Part shown: positions 23,831 to 36,674 of the stretch, one piece after another
Numbering within the stretch: position 1 is the first letter of the stretch
Layout of the letters: every line of letters begins with the position of its first letter
NCBI GenBank assembly: GCA_026025795.1
Contig: JAPEUG010000043.1
Location: 1-64,000, forward strand
Source of the DNA: Thelocarpon superellum
Lineage: Eukaryota
Direction of reading: 5' to 3'
DNA: 64,000 nt
Notes under the pieces: generated by a model
Told to the model about the DNA's origin: nothing
Databases searched by the model: none
What the model saw: only the letters and a program-made list of their open reading frames with translations
Translations under genes and position numbers: made by a program

Positions 23831-24725
23831 ATGACGGACTCCCTGGCTGTGGCCACGATCATCATCTACATCATCCTCATCCAGCCGACCGTCTACTGTC
23901 TGTGGCGCCATGGATGGCCCGGATTCCTCGGCTGGTTCTACCTTCAAGTGCTCTGTGTCGTTCGCATCGTCGGCAACGCACTCGACCTCCAAGCGGGGAC
24001 GAGTGCCACGTCGACGTCAAACTTGAAAATCCTCATCCTCAGCAGCATTGGACTGTCGCCCTTGCTCCTTGCAACGACGGGGATCCTGCATGAAGCGTGA
24101 GTGTCGCCACTGGCAACCTTCGCCATCCTGACCAGCTCTGTTCGGGGCCTGACAGCTGCGATAGGAGATTGGCCCGCAACCCGAGCCCCAGACTAGGACG
24201 AAAGTTCGAGTGGTGCGTCGTGATCAAGTACCACTTCTTCGTCAGCGGCGCGCTGGGCGTGCTCATCGCGGGTATCGTCTTCTTGCAGAGCGGCAAGCAT
24301 TTCTCAACCGCCGCCACGCTCTTGAAGCTCGGCGCGGCCTTGCTCGTCATCTGCTGGGCTTTGGTGGTGGTCTGGGCGGGTCTCTCCGTGATCACCGGTG
24401 ACCAGGATCAAACCAGCCCTGCTTACGCCGACGGCACCAAGGTCAGTCCTGCTCGGCCTCCGCCCGAAACGACCAGAACTGAATGTCTGCCCAGCTGCTA
24501 CCCGGAGTCTTTGTGGCCCTGCCGCTTCTCCTCCTTCGACTGATCTACGGGATCGTCTCGCTCTTGCTGCTCCTCTACCACCCGACCTCTGCTTTCCTTT
24601 CCTCGGTGGCGGCCAAAGCCTGCTTGAGCGTCGTGCCCGAGATGCTCATTGTCATCGGCTTTGTCTTCGTCGGCATCCGCACTCGCAACATTCCCACCGC
24701 GTTTTGGAGCAGGAAGCGGGTTTGA
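23831..24725 (+). CDS. Fungal integral membrane protein, about 7 TM, 257 aa, 3 exons
   Basis: YCLWRHGWPGFLGWFYLQVLCVVRIVG, SIGLSPLLLATTGILHEA, ALPLLLLRLIYG, LSVVPEMLIV; introns 24097-24164 and 24442-24494 keep frame. Confidence 0.85.
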
Positions 24726-25158
24726 CGTGGGTCGTCAGTGCGGCACCGCGTGGTGACAGGATGGGAACCGAGGGGCAGGTGGAGCGTAAGGCGGGTGGAG
24801 CGTATGGCAAGTTCCGATCGGAAAGCCTTGAGGATTCTTCAGTAGATGGCTGAACATTGGTCTTGGGAGCTCTCCGAAGACGCGTGGGATATCTGTTGCA
24901 ATAGTACAGCCACTAGGTCGCATAGAATGGGCAATGGAACGCGTCCTGCTACTGCGCACCGTCGAAAGTGGTCCTCGGAAAATAGTCGAGACGATGTGCG
25001 ATGTGCGAGCTGCGTTTACGCTCGTATGTGTTCGTGGAGAGGGGTGGAGGCTCCGCAGCCACGGCGGAGGGAATCGCTTACGGCGTCCCAATATTTCGTA
25101 GCCACGCGTATTTCCTTCCTCGCAGGCACATAACCCTTGTGACTGTTTCACAGCTCCT

Positions 25159-25216
25159 GCATCCATTCTACCACTCCCGCATCCATTCTACCACTCCCGC
25201 ATCCATTCTACTACTC
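25159..25216. repeat. 20-bp minisatellite x3 (GCATCCATTCTACCACTCCC)
   Basis: Two perfect copies and one partial copy about 400 bp upstream of Dicer. Confidence 0.9.
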
Positions 25217-25581
25217 GTGCTGAGTGCATTCATCCTACACGTAGGCGTGGACATGGAATGTTCTCCTTGTGGCCAAGGAGAAGTTGGAGACGGCTGCTTG
25301 GAGGCGTTGCCTGACTGACACGTGGATGGATGGTGGGGTGCACCAGGATCCAGGCGGTTGGCAGCATGCAGCTAGATACATCCTTGAAGACGGCCATAGA
25401 GTCACCAATGAAACGTTGCCTCTGACCCCTCTCGCGATGTGTCATTGCCATCGTGCTAGAGCCCCATCTCACTCCCGTCGGTCGGAGAGTAACCCACGTT
25501 GGATGGAAGCATCGCTTGCTCCCCGCGAGGCTGAGATGATCGAAGCACATCTTCTACTCGAGTACCCCACCTGATCGCGCC

Positions 25582-28500
25582 ATGGATCGATCAATGGAGC
25601 AGGCAGTGGATGAGATCATCGGATCGTCTGCAAGCTTCCATACCAATCTGGCCGTGGAGCAGCTACCCCGCTCCCGCGCCTACCAGATTGAGATGTTTGA
25701 TGCCAGCATGAAGAAGAATGTCATCGTCACGATGGACACCGGCAGTGGCAAGACACACATAGCACTTCTTCGCATGCGGGCCGAGGTCGAGAAAGGCCAT
25801 GACAAGGCAAAGTCTCTCGGTATGGGGTGACCGTGCCGTGCTGATGACCCCCACCAGCTCATCTGGTTCCTCGCTCCCACCGTCGCGCTATGCGACCAAC
25901 AACATGGCGAGATCGTGGCTTGGCTTCCTGCCGTACGCACCAGATTGCTCTTGGGGCCCGACAAGGTAGATCTCTGGAAGGAGAAGAGGATCTGGGAGGC
26001 GGTGTTGGAGGGAGTCCAAGTGGTCGTCTCAACGCATGCCATCCTGGCAGACGCCCTGGGCCATGGGTTCATCACGATGGATCGACTGGCACTCTTGGTG
26101 TTCGATGAAGCCCACCATTGCGCTCGAGGTCACCCTGCCAATAGCATCATGAAGAACTTCTATCACCCCCACCGTGATGAAAGGGGCGACCAGGCGGTAC
26201 CGGATATCTTGGGCTTGACGGCGAGCCCCATCCTACGATCGAAGCCGAAGGAGTTACAGTCAGTCCTTCCTTGATCCCACACATGCCATCCTTTTCACTG
26301 ACGAGGCAAAGGCTCATCGAAGCCAATCTCCATTCCATCTCGATCACCCCGTCAGTGCATCGTGCGGAGCTTCGGACATTTGTGCATCCGCCATCGCTCA
26401 AGCGGGTGGTGTACGACGTGCCCAGCCCGAAGCTCCCATCCAAGCTCTCTGGCATGTTACGACGTTTACTCTCAGTGCGTCGCTCGATGGACATCCATAA
26501 TGACCCCTACGTGCTCACGACGTTATCCGACGAGGGCCGCGCGTGGAAAGTACCCAAGATCGTTGACTCGCGAAAGACATACAGCGAGGATCAGATGAAG
26601 AAGTTTTGCAGCAGAGCTCAACGAGTGCAGGAAGAACTGGGATCGTGGGGAGCCGATTTCTACATTACGACATGCGTTTCGCGCTTCGGAGACCTGACAA
26701 GATCCAAGAGAGAAATGGCGCTCGATTGGGATGACGATGAATACGCGTATCTGCTGGGTCTCTTAGATGAAGTGACCCGCGACACGCTGGACGACACCAC
26801 TGATGACTGCCTTCCAGCAATCTCCCCGAAGGTGGAGGAACTTCTCAAAGTCATCACGAGTGAGACCAGAGACGATCTTGTGGCCATTGTTTTCGTGGAA
26901 CAACGAGCAACGGCATACTGTCTTTCTGAACTGCTGCATGCACACCCATGGACGAGAGACCGCATTCGCAGTGGGACGTTTGTGGGCATGTCGAACTATT
27001 CTGGCGGACGGAAGGGGCTCTGGGAACTATCAGATGCTCGCGGACAAAGCGAAACGCTTGAGGCGTTTCGCAAAGGAGAGAAGAATCTGATCGTGACGAC
27101 AAGCGTGCTGGAAGAGGGAATTGATATCTCGGCGTGTAACGTGGTGATTTGCTTCAGCAAGCCGCCGACGCTCAAGTCGTTTGTGCAACGGCGTGGTCGA
27201 GCACGACAGAAGAACGCGACCTATGTCATCATGTTTGCGTCAGATGACGAGTCTGGGGGCACGGAGAAATGGCAGCAGCTGGAGCGGGAAATGATTGCCA
27301 TGTATCGCTCGCAGACGCGCACGGTGGAAGAAGGTCCCGTCTGCGATGACTTGGAGGATGATGACCGAGAGTTGAGGGTTCCGAGCACCGGGTGAGATGA
27401 CCGGCTGCTGTATCATGCGTCAGGCTGACTCCCTCAGAGCTCTTCTTCGACCGGAGTGGGCTGTGTCGCGGCTTTATCACTTTTGCGCCGTGCTTCCCGC
27501 CCAGCCGTATACCGACCTTCGTCCCGCCTTTCAGGTCGATGAGGATGCGTTGTCACATCGATTTTCGGCAACAGTCACTCTGCCAAACTCCGTGGATGCC
27601 GCAGTCCGCCAGTCAGTCAGCCATAAAGCGTGGCTTTCGGAGCAAAAGGCGCGGAAGGACGCTGCCTTCCAAGCGTACATGGCGTTGTACAGGGCGGGGT
27701 TGTTGAACGAGCATCTTTTGCCCCTTCGCTCGACCTACGATGATGTGACGCTTGGGACGGTCGAAAAACGACCCTCACTCGTCGCGGCCTCGGAGCAATA
27801 TAACCCATGGGTCGAGATGGCGAAAAGCTGGGCAACGTCGTCTACTTGCAGGTGCAAGCCCATCACGATCTTGCGCCCGGGTCGGACGTCCGTGACTTTG
27901 AATCTTCTGCTTTCACTGCCCATCGAGTCCCCTCTCTCCTTTTCGTTGCACGTGGACAAGACCAGCACATTCCAGGCACAAGTCGCCCGTGGCAGCGAGA
28001 CAAGGGATGTTGGAGAGGAAGATTTGAAGATGCTGAGATCTGCGACGGACCTTCTCCTCCGTGCTGTCTATCGTACCCGCATGTCGACCGATGCGCGCGA
28101 TTTCCTTGCTCTCTTTGCTCCGTGTCTTGACTTCTCGTCGCTTGAAGCCTGGGTCCAGAGATATTCGGGAGATCTCCCTGCTCTTGGCGTGGAAGGGATT
28201 GAAAAGGACGCCTGGCCGTATGGGCTTTTACGAACTACCGACGAAAGGGGGACACCATTCGTGTATCGAGGCACGTTCGAGGGTCAGGACGATACGCTAG
28301 ATGCAAAGGCTCTGGAACTGTCGCCCCTTCCACGACGACGGAACTTTCTGCACTACGGCTTCATCACCGACGAGACCGACGGCGCTACCAACGGGGAAGA
28401 GTCGAGCAGCAACTCGGCATCAAACGTCATCACGCTCTCACCAGCAACATGCAAAGTCGACCGATTGCCAATGGAATGGACTCAATTCGCGCTCTTCATC

Positions 28501-30081
28501 CCCTCGATTCTGCACCGTCTCGAAACGGCCCATGTTGCTGAAGCCATGTGTAAGCACGTGCTAGGCGGGATGCAATTCCACGACATCGGTCTCGTCATCA
28601 CGGCCATCAGCGCGTCTTCCGCCAGCGATGTATCGAACTACCAACGACTGGAATTCCTGGGCGACTCGGTGCTGAAGATGGTCGTGTCGGGCCAGCTGTT
28701 CTCCAAGCACACCTCATGGCACGAGGGCTACCTGAGCGCACATCGAGACGCGGTAGTATCGAATGCGCGGCTGGCGCGCGCGGCGGTGGACACGGGCCTA
28801 GATCGCTACATCATCACGCGGCAGTTCACGGGGCAGAAGTGGCGACCGTGGTACATCTCGGAGCTGACCGGCCTCTGCGATGATGGCAAGAGAACCATCT
28901 CGACGAAGATCCTGGCCGATGTCGTCGAGGCTTTGATCGGCGCCGCGTTCATCGACGGTGGGTTCGAGAGGGCGGTGCGCTGTATGCGCCGCTTTCTCCC
29001 CGAAGTCGACGACCAGTCTCACGAGGCCTTGCTCCGTGCGAGAGCATATCGATCAAGCCGCCCCCAGACGACAAGCGAGGCGCCTCACCTGTCAGACCTG
29101 GAGCGCCTCCTCGACCACCGCTTCAAAGACAAGAGTCTGCTTCGAGAAGCTCTGACGCATCCATCATGCGACGCCGACCTATCCAGCGTATCGTACCAGC
29201 GACTGGAATTCCTAGGCGACGCAGTGCTAGACATGATCATGGTACAGCACGTCTTCGACCAGTCGGCGATCCAAGCCCACGGACACCTCCACCTGCTCAA
29301 GACCGCCATGGTCAACGCCAACATGCTCACGTACATCGCTCTATCCGCCAGTATAGAGAGCACGCGCACGGTCGTCAAGATGGAGACGCACGGCCGTACG
29401 ATCCGGAAGCACGAAATGGCCGAGACGGTACACACAGCGCTCTGGAAGTTCCTCAAGCACGAGACCGATCAGGTCACCCGTGCGCAGAAAGACATGGAAA
29501 CACGATCCGCTCCGCTGAAGCCCGAGTTGGAAAATGCCTTGTTGGGCAACACGGACGTGCAAGCAGACAAAGAGCACGAGCCAGCCCTTCCCCAGACCGG
29601 CGCAAAACAAGGCGCGCGATATTACCCCTGGCACACCCTCTCCCTCCTTGGAGGTGAGAAGTTCTTCTCCGATATGGTAGAGAGTCTCTTCGGCGCAGTA
29701 TACGTCGACAGTCAGGGGGACCTCTCTGTGTGTGTTCATGTGGCGGAGAAGCTGGGCCTCCTGGCAATTCTTCGACGTCTCCTCCGTGACAAAGTGGACG
29801 TCACGCACCCCAAGAATCGGCTGGGTGTGCTTGCGGGCGATCGGTCGGTCGAATACGTCTTTGTCAGGGAGAGCCCTCGGAGTGACCAAGAAGTGCTCCG
29901 CGACAGAGATGATGGAGACGACGGGGAGAGGCAGGAATGGCGATGCGTCGTCAAGATCGCGGGGGACGAGATCGTGCGCGTGTCGGCTTTGTCATCCTCT
30001 TATGGAATTCCAGCAACGGCCGTCAAAGAGGAGATGGTCATTCGCGCAGCTGAGGCGGCCATTGTAGCTTTATCTGCTTGA
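25582..30081 (+). CDS. DCL2: Dicer-like protein 2 (DExH helicase, helicase C, Dicer dimerisation, 2x RNase III, dsRBD-like end)
   Basis: [56 protein letters not shown] twice, [20 protein letters not shown]; introns about 25807-25857, 26259-26311, 27392-27437; exact start uncertain. Confidence 0.93.
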
Positions 30082-30972
30082 TTTCCCGCTAATTCATGCA
30101 TGCACGCCAGTCATCAGACTCGGTGGAGGCAGATGGATCTCATCTGGTCCGGACCAGACTGGATAAAGATAATCGAATTCGATACGTTGCTCAACGAGCC
30201 CTTTTGTATCGTCAAGAAGAGCCGTGGATTATACTACCACGTGATCAGATTTTCAAGGTCATCACGGACCCGTGGAGAGCCCCTACCTCCATGACCGGTT
30301 TAGTGCTGACCCTCTCACCCCTAACATACCCCTTCCATGCCCTTCCAGGCATGGGTATTCTGGTGGTTGTCGCCAGAAGGGGTTGCTCCTGCTTGGCTGA
30401 GAGTTGTCAAATTACACGATGCAGTCTCGGCCCCAGAGCTTCGCCATATATCAAGGCGCGCCCCTGACTAAGACGACTTTTGAGTCATGGTCCTGATGAA
30501 GGGTCAGAGTACGATCTTGTACTAGACAACTCCATGGCGCAGGTTTGTAGCTGCACCAGTCAAAGGGCGATACTTTTATTCATTAATCTTGGACTGTGTA
30601 ATGTTGATCAGGGACAGCGTGGGGCTAGGAGACAGACTACCGTCCCGGAATAAGACGCGAGGTTGAATGAAATTCACGTGATCATTTCGCGAGTGGTGGC
30701 GCCGGTACGGTAGGTACGGATAGCGACATAGTTGGAGAATGCACAATACGGGAACACTACGTCATCTTCACGGAGCACGCGGCTCAAGATACCCACGTCC
30801 AAGTACGTTCCAACCGAGGGAGAGGCAACGAGATGACCCCGACATGTAAAAGACCGCGGAGCCACTCGCTTTAGAGCGGCACGTGCAGCAACTTCATCTT
30901 CTCTGCACGCTCTTGACGCTGCTCATCCACTCCGCGTTCGCAAACACAATTGGCCGCCTCCGTACGCCTGCC

Positions 30973-31473
30973 ATGTCTGCCCTTCGATTGAATCCGCGCC
31001 TGGCGCAGCATTCGCTCCGACGCCACGTAGCTCTGCGGTCCTCGGCACGAGGCCCGCCTCGCTTGCTCCGTCCGCTGAGCAGTTCGGCGGCGCGGGCTGG
31101 GCTCAAAGAGTCGGATAGGGGTAAGGGCGTCACTGTCTCGCCGTCTAGTCTTCTCCGGTTGGCCTAACGTGGTGGCGAGTAGACAAGGATGATCTGCACG
31201 AGGAGGTGGACGCCCACAAGCATGATGGGTTACGCAAGCAGAAAGAGGGGAAGGGGCATTGGAAGCCAGAATTGGCCAGTGATAGCGAGACGGCGGTGAG
31301 CTAGCTGGCTCGTTGTTTTCTTCCCTCGCATGCACTCCGAGGATGGGCTGACTCATGCTGCTTTGGTACAGATCAAGGCGGACCGTGACGAGCACGGTAC
31401 TCACGAAGAGCACATTCAGCACCTCCAGCGCGAGACGGCGGCGCGTGCAGAAAGCGACCAGGGAAAGAAATGA
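30973..31473 (+). CDS. Small putative mitochondrial protein (120 aa), 3 exons, function unknown
   Basis: Arg/Ser/Leu-rich presequence without acidic residues MSALRLNPRLAQ...RPLSSSAAR; introns 31121-31182 (GTAAGG..CTAAC..TAG) and 31296-31371 (GTGAGC..CTGAC..CAG) give ...KQKEGKGHWKPELASDSETA/IKADR...*. Confidence 0.8.
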
Positions 31474-31677
31474 TAGATGGAGGATATTCATGCGCTTGAT
31501 GGGAGACGCGGGAGGCGGGGTGGGATACGTCTGCTAGCAAGTCCAAAGGCCAATAATTCAACGTCAACGCCCAGCCACGGCATGTTCCGCCCCGATGTGC
31601 TCAGATCATGACTGCTGCCAACCCAGTAGATGATCCCTCTGCCAGCCATGCGCCAAAGCCACCCCCACTCCTTCGCC

Positions 31678-32578
31678 TTATTTCAGGACGACGATGAGCA
31701 GTACCAAGATGACAATCATCACAAATATGATGGTGAGCTGCATGTTATCCTTGGCCTTTCGTGCAAACGTGCCGAGTCGCTTTCGCGCCTGGTCCAGTCG
31801 GGTTTGATGACGGTCCACGTGCTCGTCCACTTCGTCCAGCAACTGGACATGGCTGTCTAGCTCGTCGCCAATCTGGATGCTGAGCTCGCGTTGCCGCCCA
31901 ATGCTCTCACCCAGTTGATCCAACTGAGCGTCCTGCTCTTCGATGACGCGCGAGTGGTAGGCATGGATCTGCTGGTTATCGAGCGCCTCATGGTCGGGGA
32001 TCGTATCGGGATCGTCACGGTAGGGAAAGAGGGCGGCGCGGTGAGAGTCGTTCGCCTCGTCCAGCGCGTGCGTTGGGGGAGCCCCGGGTACGTCAGAGAA
32101 CTGTACGGATTTAGGTGAGCCATTTCCTTTGCTATCCGGACGTCTGAGGAAGGATGAGGATGAGGGCATGCGGGGTCGGGGGTCTTGAGCCTGTGAGAAG
32201 TCGGCGGCGAGTGAGGGGTCGTTGGGTTGGTTCAAGGACGACGGTCCAGCCGGGAAGCCACGAAACTGGGCCGTAAGATCGTCGAATTGCCCTCGTAACC
32301 GGCTCTCTTGATCATGCAGCGTGGTTGACGACCTGCTAGATCATCAGCGTCGTCTCATTCCGAACCACGTCACGCGGGGCCTACCCGTCCTGGCGTTCCT
32401 CTAGTCGCACGCGCTCTTTCTGCACCCCCTCCAGCCCTTCTCGTAGGGACTCTAAGGACCGCGAGATCTGTCCATCCTGCGCGTTGGGCTCTAGATTCAA
32501 GGAGATGGCTCGTTGCCGCTCCAGCAGGGAGAGCTTGATGTGATCGGCGAGGAGGAAGAGCTGGGTCGGGTTGGCCAT
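31678..32578 (-). CDS. SYN8: Endosomal Qc-SNARE (syntaxin-8 type), 2 exons
   Basis: LFLLADHIKLSLLERQRA, EQDAQLDQLGESIGRQRELSIQIGDELD SNARE motif, C-terminal TM anchor. Confidence 0.9.
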
Positions 32579-32885
32579 GGTGTTGGGGGAAGAGGCGGGT
32601 TGAACGACAATCTGGGACGCGAAAGACACAGGTCAGGCATTCGTTCCTTGGAGACCCCAGCACAGCGTATCTTCCACGACTCGATCTGGAAGTGTTGAGG
32701 AGATGGAAGGGGTCGGACGGATCCTCAGGTTGACGTTGCACAGAACCTTGGCATGATCGTCTCAGCCTCTACGACGCAACTCGGCTGACGATACCTGCGC
32801 CATGAGGCTTCCTGGTTCCTGTACGGGAGCAATCTACTACGGTGGACAATCCGACCTGGAGCGAACTTTGGACCGCAGTACTGGC

Positions 32886-32943
32886 GTCCGACAACTTCCG
32901 ACGTCCGACGTCCGATGTTCGATGTCCGATGCCCGATGCCTGA
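32886..32943. repeat. Degenerate heptamer tandem repeat (GTCCGAY)n
   Basis: ttccgac gtccgac gtccgat gttcgat gtccgat gcccgat gcctga in the SYN8/TRAF divergent promoter. Confidence 0.75.
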
Positions 32944-33188
32944 CCTCCCAACGTCTATTGATGCAGCTTATGCAGCGCCAGCGAGACATCCCCTCTTTGA
33001 CCTCTTTGAGCCTCGGTCTTAATGTGGCATCGTTCGTTGGCGGGTGAGCAGCAAAGATGGCCTCCAGCAGCCGGCGACATAGCATGGGCAGTGCTCAAAT
33101 CAATCGGCTCCGGTCGCGGTATTCCAACGGTCCAGAGGCTTCATTCCCCCACAATACCTCCCCTCCTCCCGCCCGACCATCGTCGTCC

Positions 33189-34497
33189 ATGGCGAACCCA
33201 CCACCGCCCAGTCCGCCGGTAGATCTCCGCGCTTTGGAATACCTCTCACCCGTCGATGACAATCTCTTATGCTCCGTCTGCCACTGTGCTTTCATTACCC
33301 CCGTCATGATGAGCAAATGCGAGCACATCTTCTGCGCCGAGTGCTTCGACCGCGCATCACGACATCAGAAAGGCATCTGCCCCTTTTGCCGCACCCGACT
33401 TGAGGGTGATATCCGAAGCGCGCCCCGCGCCTTGTCAAACATGGCCGACGATCTGAGGGTGCGGTGTCCCATGTCCAAGCAGGGCTGCGATGTCATCACC
33501 GCACGCGGATCAGTACAGGCGCACGTCGACAAGTATTGTGGCTACGCCGAGGTGGAATGTTCGTCGGCAGAGTGTCCCTCGACCATCCGACGGAGAGACT
33601 GGTCCACTACCTGCCTGCACGATCTGGTGGAATGCGCAGACTGCCATGAGCAGGTGATACACAAGGACCTGCCGGTACGCCGCACCACAAGACTCCTCAC
33701 CCCCACTAACCAGTTCGTAGGACCACCGGGAGAAAGACTGCCAGGACCGTTGGTTCTCGTGCCCTAGATGCACTCAAGAGATCCTTCACTGCCGAGAGGA
33801 CTCACACAGCTCGGAATGCCCTGAGATGGTGGTGGGATGCGGTGGCGCTCCATTGGGATGCGCCTATCAATCGCGACGGGCGACCTTGTCCGAGCACACC
33901 AGCACATGCGCATTCGCAAGGTTAGAGCCCGTCATCCGCGCCCAGAACGAGCGGATCCACGGTCTCGAGACGGAGAATAAATTGATGCGACGGAAATGGG
34001 ACTCTTTTGGCGTCGGCGACTTTCCGGACCAAATGGCCGACTCATCTCGCAACTCCATCTTTGACACCCGCGCTCTCTCCCCACCCGACACCGATTTGAC
34101 CCATCACAGCACTAACAATCCTAGCGCCAACGCCCCCTTCGACTCAGCCATCCACCATCTGCTCTCATCCTATGAATCCCTGCGAAGCGACATCGACCGA
34201 CTGTCCACATCCATGTCCGACCTCGACGCACGCCACAGCATGCTCCAAATGAACGAAAGCCTGCGCATCAAAGAGGACTTTAGCCACCTCAACGCCGTCA
34301 TCGGTTCCATGCGCGTGCAGCTACACTGGCTGATGAGCACGCGGCTCCAAGGACCGCAAGGCGGTCATCCACGCGCCGGCTCGGCTGCGGCTGGATCCAG
34401 CTCCGCTGCCGCCGGCTCGTCGGACTCGGCCTACAGCTTATTGTCAGCACCGGGGCGGAAACTCAGCGATACCCCGCGGCAGGATACGAAGTTGTGA
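33189..34497 (+). CDS. RING (C3HC4) + TRAF-type zinc-finger protein, probable E3 ligase, 2 exons
   Basis: CSVC..CEHIFCAEC..CPFC RING; repeated C-x-C/H-x3-C zinc fingers; intron 33675-33720; coiled coil; start may be 33057. Confidence 0.88.
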
Positions 34498-34553
34498 TGA
34501 TCTCGATCTCTCCAGGCTTCTATCATGCCATGTACATACATACGCGGAATGCA

Positions 34554-36441
34554 TCAGAGACGAATCTTCTTATACCTGATAATCCACCCCACCACGGGCG
34601 CTCCCTTACTCTCCTCATCCGCAATGTCGACGACAATATCTAGAGATGGCAAGGCAAGCACCTGCTCTTCTGACCCATCCTGCCTAACGATAGCAGGGAG
34701 AGACCACCGTCTCTTACCCGGCGCCACACGACGTAGTAGCCTGTCCAGGCTCTTGCGTTTCGATGGGGAAAGAGAAGCGCGGAAGGGCTGTGCGTCAGAG
34801 GGACGGAACGGTCTGATGAGTAGCGGAGAGGCTTTGAACTCTGGAGACGCGTGCGATGGCGAGGGCGAGGGCCAGGGCGATGGAGCACGCAGCCAAGCCG
34901 TGATCCAGAACCGGCCGTCCCAGAGCTGAAGTGGGAGAGACGCAGATGCGGACAGGCCACGAGGTAGTTTGAGCGTAGACGCAGTCCGTTCCTGCTCTGC
35001 GGGCGACACGGTCAAGCTTGGCTGCGTCGTTGCATTTTGCGCGTATGGCTGTCGGGCGAGTGACCACCTCATTCCACCATCCCCGTCGACATGATCGATC
35101 TCTCTGCGAGCGGCGGGACCGAGTCGAGTAATTTCTACGCCGGCCACGGTGAATGAAGTTGGCGGCGCAGGTGGCGATTCCGGTGGCGATTCCGTTGCAA
35201 GGTGCGGGAAAAGGTATCCCACCGCTGTCGACAGCTTCGCCAGTGTGATTCCGTCATGCGGCGATACGGGGTCCAGCAGGCGTCGGAGAAAGGCGGCACA
35301 GATCTCGCGAGCCTGGGGTTCATCCTGCCGGATGTACAGCGGTAGAGGACGTGGGAGCGAAAAGTCGAGGGTGCCCGCGCGGAGATCGAATGAAGAGATG
35401 TGACATGCGTCGAGGAGATGCTTGCTCAGCTTCTCTTGTCGAGCTGACGCCGTGCTCATTCGCTCGCTCAGACGGAGAAGGGATGCTTTCTGCAAGGCTT
35501 TGGGCAGATGGTGTGATGCGAGAAGCTGACGGATGGCATTGCGGGGGGTCAGAGCAGGATTCTGATTCGTGGCGTCTTCGAACCATGGCATCCCTTGCTC
35601 TTCGCACGTTGCGATGAGTCGCTCTTTGGCGAAGGACAGCAGCGGCCGATAGATTCGGACACCTCCGCCTTCGATCCTGAACGGGGTGCGCATGCCCCGT
35701 AATGATGGGTGGGTCAAGGCCGTGCCCTGCGTCACTCGTGCGTCGCCACTCGCATGGACTCCGTATTGTCCGTGGCATTCTGGAATGTCCGAGCTGCCTC
35801 TCATCCCTTCGAGCCCAATGCCTCTATGGCCGTTGGCGAGGCGCATGAGCACGGTCTCTGCCTGGTCGTCTTGATGATGGCCGACGAACAATGAAGTGAT
35901 GCGTGGATCAGCGTCACGACAGGCTCGGCCCAAGGCTTGGTATCGCAGTCGCCGTGCCTCGGACTCGAAGTTTGATAGATCTGGAGGCTGGATGTACCTG
36001 GGCCATTGTAAGGTGAGGACGTGGCTTGAGATCCCTAAGACTGTATTAGGATTTGATTTCCGTATCTTGCTCCCATCACAGACGCCAACCTTGGTCCTCG
36101 AGAGCAGACGCTACCCTTCGAGCTTCTGCGGCGCTTTCCTCGCGCGCGTCATGATCGACGATGAATGCGGAGACCCTGGGACTATCATTGACCTGTCGCC
36201 TCATGGAGGCCCATAGTCCGGCCAGAGCCATGGAGTCCACGCCGCCACTGACGGCGAGACCTGGACCTCGTCAGCGGTCGGGTTCGAGCTTGGTAGTCCG
36301 GCTCTTGTTGTACGAACCAACATGATGGCGGCTTGGATCGGACCCCCTCAGTCGATCCCACAATGGTGCAATGGCGTACTGGAACTCTCGCAGAGTGATG
36401 GCTCGAGCGTGAGCGAAGACTCGGCCCTCTCCGGGCATCAT
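34554..36441 (-). CDS. tilS: TilS-like PP-loop ATPase (tRNA(Ile)-lysidine synthase family), 3 exons
   Basis: [62 protein letters not shown]. Confidence 0.88.
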
Positions 36442-36674
36442 CTAGATTCACATGGCGGTTGAGATGGAGTCGGTCCTGGACTGTGGTCGCTCCGACGGAT
36501 TTACACTTTGACTGGCCGACGCTGATCCATGACCCTTGCACGTTGGAGGGTGGAGCTCTACTGCCATCAATCATCCTCCTGACGTCGTCGATCACCACCA
36601 TACGGTATCAAGCCAGATGCACCCTCGACCACGACAATGACGATTCGTTTCCTTCACACACATCCTTCGATCAA

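Noticed and set aside
25159..25216. Direct repeats considered as a CRISPR array
   Set aside because: No spacers, eukaryotic context, no cas genes
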